Both the position numbers and the translations under genes were made by a program. 64,000 bases of DNA from Mytilus trossulus. Lineage: Eukaryota. The DNA lies in contig NC_086375.1 in NCBI RefSeq assembly GCF_036588685.1, positions 16,306,001 through 16,370,000 on the forward strand, written 5' to 3'. Positions 1 through 9,430 of this stretch are shown here, one piece after another. The notes beneath the pieces were generated by a model. It made no database searches, had not been told where the DNA came from, and worked only from the letters and a program-made list of their open reading frames with translations. Within the stretch, counting starts at the first letter, position 1. Each line of letters starts with the position of its first letter.

Positions 1-548
1 GTTTTGATTAACTTATATGTGCGACATACACATAAATCCAGAATATTTTATAGAAGACTCTTCATTCATCATTTCTGTCCTGTTTTTTAGAGTCCATCTT
101 CTTAAAATATCCGTCAAAATATGTCTGATTTTATACCAATCGATTGCAATAGACTGTAACTTGTTAAGTTAGTTCCATCCTTGAATAACCACCAGGTACA
201 TGTATTGCGTTTAGAATTGTTTTACTATGATTTGCTAGAAGTTTTCTTTAAGTTATGTGAAATCAGGTGCTATATTATACCAGCAATCAATCAGTAGTTA
301 CTTTATGAGTAATATGAACAAATAAGTAGACTTTATTATTCTTATTTTTTTTAACAAAGTTTATAGATATCTGCATAATTTGTATTTGAATGCTTTTAGA
401 TTGTTAATTGTCATTTATGAAAATACAAATGAATATAAAATTTGTTTGTACATTAAATCTGAAAACAAAGCAAAGTTCGTGTGTCCAAATTATTTAAGAA
501 CTTCGTAACATATTTTTCATGTTGCATTATTTCCTTCTTCCGTCTTTC

Positions 549-590
549 AAATAAAATAAAATCAAATCAAATCAAGTTTATTGTACAAAA
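549..590 (-). repeat. Possible 3' tail of a non-LTR retroelement (AATAAA followed by (TTTGA)n)
   Basis: The minus strand reads CAATAAACTTGATTTGATTTGATTTTATTTTATTT, a microsatellite tail after a polyA signal as seen at LINE/SINE 3' ends. No ORF support. Confidence 0.35.
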
Positions 591-889
591 ACAGGCCTCC
601 AGCCCACGGTACATTTATAAATTCACAATTTAATATCAACTACAGTTCAATAATAGCTGACGATAGTGACGTTACCGGCCGATGCCTAGCTGCACGGGTG
701 TTTGTCACAGACGTCTTGCACGTAACAACGGCATTAGGATTGATTAGTAACGCAACATGGCAGGCGTAGTTTTGTCTGTTAATGTTTTAATGTTCCTAAT
801 GTGTAAACTGTGGATCAAGAATCAGTCATCTTATTTGAAGTAAGTGGATTTTCTTATAGTTTAAGCTAATTAACAGTGATCACGTAACA

Positions 890-1998
890 CTGTCTCATTA
901 ATAAAACAAGATGTAGATTGACTTTTGTTTACCGTACTATCTTCTTTTTGTCTTATATCTCAAATCTTTAATACAAAGAAACGGAAAACTCAAATCCAAT
1001 ATGAAAAAACTATTTGCCATTTTCTAATTTAAAGTTATAGTGGGCGATTACAAACGAAGTCAAATTCGATGATTTCGGCAATGGCTTCAATGATGTTTTC
1101 GTGTTTTAGGCTGAAGAAAGCTTCAAACTCAGTAGAGTATTTTGAGGACTTTCTTTATTGCAACTTTATCAAAAATCATATGATAGAGGCAGAGAAAACT
1201 TCTTCAGTATGAGCTTCAGCTTTCGATTATTTCGGCAATGGCTTCGATGATGTTTTCGTATTTGATTCTGAGGGAAGCTTCAAAATCAGTAGAGTTTTTT
1301 TAAGACTTTATTGCAACTTTATCGAAAATCATTCGATAGAGGCAGAGAAAACTTCTTCAGTAAGAGATTCAAAATTTGAGAGTCCACTGTTAACCTTAAT
1401 TTAAAACTGGCGTGGATGTTTTGTGATAAAGATACCAAATAGTCAAATGCAAGCTTTATATAGTAAATCGGCCGATATGGCCTCTTCCATGTCTTGATGT
1501 TCAAGGGGAGACAAGTCTTAATAAATAATTCATAAAACATTTTCATTAATGGTACATACTCTTGCAAACGGTAAACATGTCTAAGGCATTTATCAATTTT
1601 TCCATTGCCTTTGCCAGCGATGTTAACCGTTACCGTTACCGTAAACATTCCATAAAAGGTTTACAGTAGCTCAACAAGTATGATGTATACTATGCAGTTT
1701 ACCGTTTCTTCTTATGCAAAGTTTACAACAACTTACACGATTTTAAATCACTGTCTGAATGTCCAACGGGATATTTGCTTCCAATTTATTTAAAGAGTTT
1801 CGGATAAGAAAGGAATTCAACAGACTGAGACAAAAAAAAACTGTATGCTGATATGGCAAACTGGAGTATAACAATAAAGGACGTTGTCAGGCCTACGTTC
1901 TTCAAGCGCAAACCAGTCCAAATAAAGGACGTTTTTTAACAGAGGATTCAAGCATAGAGGAGATGAGAGACTTAAACGTTTCGATTGTGTTTTCTTGG
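890..1998 (-). pseudogene. Diverged, rearranged relic(s) of the kinase repeat unit
   Basis: Fragments match the spacer (890-1000), the catalytic-loop region (1020-1050), the N-lobe twice (~1068-1230 and ~1230-1365), the TATA/upstream region (~1375-1870), the spacer again (1880-1920) and the C-terminus (~1935-1997), all with many substitutions and indels. Confidence 0.85.
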
Positions 1999-2991
1999 TG
2001 TTCAAGGGGAGACAAGTCTAAATAAATGCTTCCTTACATGATAAAATAGTACATTTTTGGAAATAGCTCCCCTTTTCATTAATGGTACCTACTCTTGCAA
2101 ACGGTTAACATTTCTAAGGCATTTTTCTTATATGTTTACCGTTGCCATAAACTTTTCCATAGCTTGTGACTGCGATGTTTACCGTAACCATACAAATTCT
2201 ATTAAAGGTTTACCGTAGCTCAACTAGTATAAGTATACTCTGCAGTTTACCGTTTCTTCGCACGCTGAAGGTTTACCACAACAAACAACGATATTAAATC
2301 ACTGTCTGAATGTTCAAGGGGATATTTGCTTCCAATTTATTCACTGAGTTTCGGATTAGAAATGAATTCCACAGAAGACAAAAAAAAAACTGTATGCTGA
2401 TACGGTAAACTGGACTATAAAGTATAATACTGGGTCCTTTTATTTTGGTATTGCATCTTTCTTTACCGAACCCTCATACAATTAGTTTACCTAGAAATAT
2501 CTTTGCTCTGAGCAGATAATATCAGCAACGTCATAGTGTTTGAGGAGAAGTTATCAGCGACCGTCACAAGACGTTGTCAGGCCTACGTTTGTCAAGCGCA
2601 AACCAGTTCAAAAGAGGGGGCGAATAGTGAAAGAACGAATACGAGAGTATAGGTGTTCAGCCGCTCGACGCAAGGTGAAGCTCTCTGGCTCGCGGCTGAT
2701 ATGTTTCCGATATCAATAGACAGAAACTCTGAAATCATTACCTATCAATATCCTTATCTTGTTTCTCAAACATTTAATACAAAGAAACGGGAAACTGAAA
2801 TGTTAAAGGATTGTTTGGTGATACGGTAAACTAGACTAAAAATAGTCTTAATCACTTAGCAGTGTCTCATTGATAAAACAAGAGGTATAAGATGTGCCAA
2901 TCCTTAAAGGAATGTAGACCAAACGTTAACATGTGTTTACCGTAACCGCATATCGTATTTGATCACGGTTTACCGTAACAACAGCTCAGAC

Positions 2992-3041
2992 AAAAAAAAA
3001 GGCATCCTTGAAATCACAACATATTGTGATTTCAAGGATGC
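2992..3041 (-). terminator. 18-bp perfect stem-loop plus U9 tract 12 nt downstream of the kinase stop (representative; present in each unit, damaged at copies 3, 5, 12, 22). Terminator function is unproven.
   Basis: GCATCCTTGAAATCACAA (3002-3019), loop CATA, TTGTGATTTCAAGGATGC (3024-3041). The A9 at 2992-3000 reads as a T-tract following the hairpin on the minus strand. Confidence 0.5.
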
Positions 3042-3053
3042 TTAATTATGTGT

Positions 3054-3791
3054 TTAAAACTGGCTCAAGGCAAGACGGACTGAGGTTGCATTAGCGCGTT
3101 TTTCAACAGAGGGTTCAAGCATAGAGGAGATGAGAGACTTTAACGTTTCGTTAGTGTTTTCTGGGAAAGAGAGGGTGTTGGAGATTTGAGATTGGACCAT
3201 AGAGGTAGCGTCACTATCGGAGAATGGGAAAGCTCCGAAGAGCATGACGTAGAGCATAACTCCCATACTCCACATATCGGCTTTCATGGCGTTGTGTTCC
3301 ATTCCCATAATAACTTCTGGGGCAGCGTATGGGAGGGTTCCACAAAATTCTTCAGATTCGGCAACAATATCGGACGACTTGGCAAATCCAAAGTCGGCCA
3401 ATTTGACACAACCATTAGACAACAAGACGTTTTCTAATTTAATGTCATTGTGGGCGATTCCAATTGAGTGGCAGTATTCGATTGCTTTGACAACCTGAGA
3501 GAAGAGAGAGAGGGTGGCTTCAACGGACATGAGACCGTTTTTCATTATGTATTCAAAGACATCTCCGAATTCAGCGAATTCCATCAAAACGAAGGCAAAT
3601 TCTTCGGCTTCGATGATTTCAATGGCTTCGACGATGTTTTCGTGTTTGAGGCTGAGAAAAGCTTCAAACTCAGTTGAGGTTTTGATGACTTTCTTTATTG
3701 CAACTTAACCGAATATTTCGCTAGAGGCAGAGAAAACTTCTTCAGTAAGAGCTACAACATTTGAGAGTCCACTGTTCATTAAAAATTCCAT
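3054..3791 (-). pseudogene. TSSK-like kinase copy 1, nonsense mutation K67*
   Basis: A single substitution at 3707 creates TAA (3705-3707) just before VAIK. The rest of the coding sequence matches the other copies. Confidence 0.85.
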
Positions 3792-4023
3792 TTTAAACTG
3801 GCGTGGATGTGATGTGATAAAAATACCAAATAGTGAAATGCAAGCCTTATATAGTAAATCGCCCGATATGGCCTCTTCCATGTCTTGATGTTCAAGGGGA
3901 GACAAGTCTAAATAAATGCTTCCTTACATGATAAAATAGTACATTTTTGGAAATAGCTCCCCTTTTCATTAATGGTACCTACTCTTGCAAACGGTTAACA
4001 TTTCTAAGGCATTTTTCTTATAT

Positions 4024-4866
4024 GTTTACCGTTGCCATAAACTTTTCCATAGCTTGTGACTGCGATGTTTACCGTAACCATACAAATTCTATTAAAGGTT
4101 TACCGTAGCTCAACTAGTATAAGTATACTCTGCAGTTTACCGTTTCTTCGCACGCTGAAGGTTTACCACAACAAACAACGATATTAAATCACTGTCTGAA
4201 TGTTCAAGGGGATATTTGCTTCCAATTTATTCACTGAGTTTCGGATTAGAAATGAATTCCACAGAAGACAAAAAAAAAACTGTATGCTGATACGGTAAAC
4301 TGGACTATAAAGTATAATACTGGGTCCTTTTATTTTGGTATTGCATCTTTCTTTACCGAACCCTCATACAATTAGTTTACCTAGAAATATCTTTGCTCTG
4401 AGCAGATAATATCAGCAACGTCATAGTGTTTGAGGAGAAGTTATCAGCGACCGTCACAAGACGTTGTCAGGCCTACGTTTGTCAAGCGCAAACCAGTTCA
4501 AAAGAGGGGGCGAATAGTGAAAGAACGAATACGAGAGTATAGGTGTTCAGCCGCTCGACGCAAGGTGAAGCTCTCTGGCTCGCGGCTGATATGTTTCCGA
4601 TATCAATAGACAGAAACTCTGAAATCATTACCTATCAATATCCTTATCTTGTTTCTCAAACATTTAATACAAAGAAACGGGAAACTGAAATGTTAAAGGA
4701 TTGTTTGGTGATACGGTAAACTAGACTAAAAATAGTCTTAATCACTTAGCAGTGTCTCATTGATAAAACAAGAGGTATAAGATGTGCCAATCCTTAAAGG
4801 AATGTAGACCAAACGTTAACATGTGTTTACCGTAACCGCATATCGTATTTGATCACGGTTTACCGT
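4024..4866. promoter_or_regulatory. Cluster of GTTTACCGT/ACGGTAAAC motifs in the spacer (representative unit)
   Basis: Exact copies at 4024, 4067, 4098, 4135, 4292(rc), 4713(rc), 4825 and 4858. Near-copies at 4161, 4351 and 4375. The regulatory role is inferred. Confidence 0.55.
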
Positions 4867-4943
4867 AACAACAGCTCAGACAAAAAAAAAGGCATCCTTG
4901 AAATCACAACATATTGTGATTTCAAGGATGCTTAATTATGTGT

Positions 4944-5681
4944 TTAAAACTGGCTCAAGGCAAGACGGACTGAGGTTGCATTAGCGCGTTTTTCAACAGA
5001 GGGTTCAAGCATAGAGGAGATGAGAGACTTTAACGTTTCGTTAGTGTTTTCTGGGAAAGAGAGGGTGTTGGAGATTTGAGATTGGACCATAGAGGTAGCG
5101 TCACTATCGGAGAATGGGAAAGCTCCGAAGAGCATGACGTAGAGCATAACTCCCATACTCCACATATCGGCTTTCATGGCGTTGTGTTCCATTCCCATAA
5201 TAACTTCTGGGGCAGCGTATGGGAGGGTTCCACAAAATTCTTCAGATTCGGCAACAATATCGGACGACTTGGCAAATCCAAAGTCGGCCAATTTGACACA
5301 ACCATTAGACAACAAGACGTTTTCTAATTTAATGTCATTGTGGGCGATTCCAATTGAGTGGCAGTATTCGATTGCTTTGACAACCTGAGAGAAGAGAGAG
5401 AGGGTGGCTTCAACGGACATGAGACCGTTTTTCATTATGTATTCAAAGACATCTCCGAATTCAGCGAATTCCATCAAAACGAAGGCAAATTCTTCGGCTT
5501 CGATGATTTCAATGGCTTCGACGATGTTTTCGTGTTTGAGGCTGAGAAAAGCTTCAAACTCAGTTGAGGTTTTGATGACTTTCTTTATTGCAACTTTACC
5601 GAATATTTCGCTAGAGGCAGAGAAAACTTCTTCAGTAAGAGCTACAACATTTGAGAGTCCACTGTTCATTAAAAATTCCAT
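4944..5681 (-). CDS. Intronless CAMK-group (TSSK-like) Ser/Thr protein kinase, copy 2, 245 aa
   Basis: Motifs VAIK, LKHENIV, MEFAEFGD, HNDIKLEN, DFG, FCGTLPYAAPE, DMWSMGV and subdomain XI Arg. The start is placed at TTTAAAATG (M39) downstream of the TATA box; the open frame extends upstream to ATG 5771 and TTG 5795. Confidence 0.9.
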   Translation of the reverse strand: MEFLMNSGLSNVVALTEEVFSASSEIFGKVAIKKVIKTSTEFEAFLSLKHENIVEAIEIIEAEEFAFVLMEFAEFGDVFEYIMKNGLMSVEATLSLFSQVVKAIEYCHSIGIAHNDIKLENVLLSNGCVKLADFGFAKSSDIVAESEEFCGTLPYAAPEVIMGMEHNAMKADMWSMGVMLYVMLFGAFPFSDSDATSMVQSQISNTLSFPENTNETLKSLISSMLEPSVEKRANATSVRLALSQF

Positions 5682-5735
5682 TTTAAACTGGCGTGGATGT
5701 GATGTGATAAAGATACCAAATAGTGAAATGCAAGC

Positions 5736-5743
5736 CTTATATA
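5736..5743 (-). promoter_or_regulatory. TATA box of the kinase gene (representative; present in copies 1-29)
   Basis: TATATAAG on the minus strand, 62 nt upstream of the M39 ATG. It is retained as TATATAAA in the diverged relic (~1454-1462). Confidence 0.65.
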
Positions 5744-6835
5744 GTAAATCGCCCGATATGGCCTCTTCCATGTCTTGATGTTCAAGGGGAGACAAGTCTA
5801 AATAAATGCTTCCTTACATGATAAAATAGTACATTTTTGGAAATAGCTCCCCTTTTCATTAATGGTACCTACTCTTGCAAACGGTTAACATTTCTAAGGC
5901 ATTTTTCTTATATGTTTACCGTTGCCATAAACTTTTCCATAGCTTGTGACTGCGATGTTTACCGTAACCATACAAATTCTATTAAAGGTTTACCGTAGCT
6001 CAACTAGTATAAGTATACTCTGCAGTTTACCGTTTCTTCGCACGCTGAAGGTTTACCACAACAAACAACGATATTAAATCACTGTCTGAATGTTCAAGGG
6101 GATATTTGCTTCCAATTTATTCAATGAGTTTCGGATTAGAAATGAATTCCACAGAAGACAAAAAAAAAAAACTGTATGCTGATACGGTAAACTGGACTAT
6201 AAAGTATAATACTGGGTCCTTTTATTTTGGTATTGCATCTTTCTTTACCGTACCCTCATACAATTAGTTTACCTAGAAATGTCTTTGCTCTGAGCAGATA
6301 ATATCAGCAACGTCATAGTGTTTGAGGAGAAGTTATCAGCGACCGTCACAAGACGTTGTCAGGCCTACGTTTGTCAAGCGCAAACCAGTTCAAAAGAGGG
6401 GGCGAATAGTGAAAGAACGAATACGAGAGTATAGGTGTTCAGCCGCTCGACGCAAGGTGAAGCTCTCTGGCTCGCGGCTGATATGTTTCCGATATCAATA
6501 GACAGAAACTCTGAAATCATTACCTATCAATATCCTTATCTTGTTTCTCAAACATTTAATACAAAGAAACGGGAAACTGAAATGTTAAAGGATTGTTTGG
6601 TGATACGGTAAACTAGACTAAAAATAGTATTAATCACTTAGCAGTGTCTCATTGATAAAACAAGAGGTATAAGACGTGCCAATCCTTAAAGGAATGTAGA
6701 CCAAACGTTAACATGTGTTTACCGTAACCGCATATCGTATTTGATCACGGTTTACCGTAACAACAGCTCAGACAAAAAAAAAGGCATCCTTGAAATAACA
6801 ACATATTGTGATTTCAAGGATGCTTAATTATGTGT

Positions 6836-7573
6836 TTAAAACTGGCTCAAGGCAAGACGGACTGAGGTTGCATTAGCGCGTTTTTCAACAGAGGGTTCAA
6901 GCATAGAGGAGATGAGAGACTTTAACGTTTCGTTAGTGTTTTCTGGGAAAGAGAGGGTGTTGGAGATTTGAGATTGGACCATAGAGGTAGCGTCACTATC
7001 GGAGAATGGGAAAGCTCCGAAGAGCATGACGTAGAGCATAACTCCCATACTCCACATATCGGCTTTCATGGCGTTGTGTTCCATTCCCATAATAACTTCT
7101 GGGGCAGCGTATGGGAGGGTTCCACAAAATTCTTCAGATTCGGCAACAATATCGGACGACTTGGCAAATCCAAAGTCGGCCAATTTGACACAACCATTAG
7201 ACAACAAGACGTTTTCTAATTTAATGTCATTGTGGGCGATTCCAATTGAGTGGCAGTATTCGATTGCTTTGACAACCTGAGAGAAGAGAGAGAGGGTGGC
7301 TTCAACGGACATGAGACCGTTTTTCATTATGTATTCAAAGACATCTCCGAATTCAGCGAATTCCATCAAAACGAAGGCAAATTCTTCGGCTTCGATGATT
7401 TCAATGGCTTCGACGATGTTTTCGTGTTTGAGGCTGAGAAAAGCTTCAAACTCAGTTGAGGTTTTGATGACTTTCTTTATTGCAACTTTACCGAATATTT
7501 CGCTAGAGGCAGAGAAAACTTCTTCAGTAAGAGCTACAACATTTGAGAGTCCACTGTTCATTAAAAATTCCAT
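6836..7573 (-). CDS. TSSK-like kinase copy 3
   Basis: Same protein as copy 2 (T274 type). Confidence 0.9.
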   Translation of the reverse strand: MEFLMNSGLSNVVALTEEVFSASSEIFGKVAIKKVIKTSTEFEAFLSLKHENIVEAIEIIEAEEFAFVLMEFAEFGDVFEYIMKNGLMSVEATLSLFSQVVKAIEYCHSIGIAHNDIKLENVLLSNGCVKLADFGFAKSSDIVAESEEFCGTLPYAAPEVIMGMEHNAMKADMWSMGVMLYVMLFGAFPFSDSDATSMVQSQISNTLSFPENTNETLKSLISSMLEPSVEKRANATSVRLALSQF

Positions 7574-8704
7574 TTTAAACTGGCGTGGATGTGATGTGAT
7601 AAAGATACCAAATAGTGAAATGCAAGCCTTATATAGTAAATCGCCCGATATGGCCTCTTCCATGTCTTGATGTTCAAGGGGAGACAAGTCTAAATAAATG
7701 CTTCCTTACATGATAAAATAGTACATTTTTGGAAATAGCTCCCCTTTTCATTAATGGTACCTACTCTTGCAAACGGTTAACATTTCTAAGGCATTTTTCT
7801 TATATGTTTACCGTTGCCATAAACTTTTCCATAGCTTGTGACTGCGATGTTTACCGTAACCATACAAATTCTATTAAAGGTTTACCGTAGCTCAACTAGT
7901 ATAAGTATACTCTGCAGTTTACCGTTTCTTCGCACGCTGAAGGTTTACCACAACAAACAACGATATTAAATCACTGTCTGAATGTTCAAGGGGATATTTG
8001 CTTCCAATTTATTCAATGAGTTTCGGATTAGAAATGAATTCCACAGAAGACAAAAAAAAAACTGTATGCTGATACGGTAAACTGGACTATAAAGTATAAT
8101 ACTGGGTCCTTTTATTTTGGTATTGCATCTTTCTTTACCGTACCCTCATACAATAAGTTTACCTAGAAATGTCTTTGCTCTGAGCAGATAATAAGGAGAA
8201 GTTATCAGCGACCGTCACAAGACGTTGTCAGGCCTACGTTTGTCAAGCGCAAACCAGTTCAAAAGAGGGGGCGAATAGTGAAAGAACGAATACGAGAGTA
8301 TAGGTGTTCAGCCGCTCGACGCAAGGTGAAGCTCTCTGGCTCGCGGCTGATATGTTTCCGATATCAATAGACAGAAACTCTGAAATCATTACCTATCAAT
8401 ATCCTTATCTTGTTTCTCAAACATTTAATACAAAGAAACGGGAAACTGAAATGTTAAAGGATTGTTTGGTGATACGGTAAACTAGACTAAAAATAGTATT
8501 AATCACTTAGAAGTGTCTCATTGATAAAACAAGAGGTATAAGATGTGCCAATCCTTAAAGGAATGTAGACCAAACGTTAACATGTGTTTACCGTAACCGC
8601 ATATCGTATTTGATCACGGTTTACCGTAACAACAGCTCAGACAAAAAAAAAGGCATCCTTGAAATCACAACATATTGTGATTTCAAGGATGCTTAATTAT
8701 GTGT

Positions 8705-9430
8705 TTAAAACTGGCTCAAGGCAAGACGGACTGAGGTTGCATTAGCGCGTTTTTCAACAGAGGGTTCAAGCATAGAGGAGATGAGAGACTTTAACGTTTC
8801 GTTAGTGTTTTCTGGGAAAGAGAGGGTGTTGGAGATTTGAGATTGGACCATAGAGGTAGCGTCACTATCGGAGAATGGGAAAGCTCCGAAGAGCATGACG
8901 TAGAGCATAACTCCCATACTCCACATATCGGCTTTCATGGCGTTGTGTTCCATTCCCATAATAACTTCTGGGGCAGCGTATGGGAGGGTTCCACAAAATT
9001 CTTCAGATTCGGCAACAATATCGGACGACTTGGCAAATCCAAAGTCGGCCAATTTGACACAACCATTAGACAACAAGACGTTTTCTAATTTAATGTCATT
9101 GTGGGCGATTCCAATTGAGTGGCAGTATTCGATTGCTTTGACAACCTGAGAGATGAGAGAGAGGGTGGCTTCAACGGACATGAGACCGTTTTTCATTATG
9201 TATTCAAAGACATCTCCGAATTCAGCGAATTCCATCAAAACGAAGGCAAATTCTTCGGCTTCGATGATTTCAATGGCTTCGACGATGTTTTCGTGTTTGA
9301 GGCTGAGAAAAGCTTCAAACTCAGTTGAGGTTTTGATGACTTTCTTTATTGCAACTTTACCGAATATTTCGCTAGAGGCAGAGAAAACTTCTTCAGTAAG
9401 AGCTACAACATTTGAGAGTCCACTGTTCAT
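8705..9430 (-). CDS. TSSK-like kinase copy 4 (M39 ATG>ATA, F135I)
   Basis: Intact frame. The presumed start is mutated, so the next ATG (M43) is used for the coordinates. Confidence 0.8.
   Translation of the reverse strand: MNSGLSNVVALTEEVFSASSEIFGKVAIKKVIKTSTEFEAFLSLKHENIVEAIEIIEAEEFAFVLMEFAEFGDVFEYIMKNGLMSVEATLSLISQVVKAIEYCHSIGIAHNDIKLENVLLSNGCVKLADFGFAKSSDIVAESEEFCGTLPYAAPEVIMGMEHNAMKADMWSMGVMLYVMLFGAFPFSDSDATSMVQSQISNTLSFPENTNETLKSLISSMLEPSVEKRANATSVRLALSQF

Noticed and set aside
1319-1648. 109-aa minus-strand ORF
   Set aside because: It spans the decayed promoter and 5' relic of the kinase unit and has no coherent protein similarity.
2690-2735. Hammerhead ribozyme (CTGATA...GAAAC)
   Set aside because: It lacks the CUGANGA core, and I could not build the three required stems.
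3002-3041. Canonical histone 3' stem-loop or Helitron 3' terminus
   Set aside because: It does not match the 6-bp GGCYCTTTTCAGRGCC histone consensus, and no CTRR end or Rep/helicase sequence is seen.
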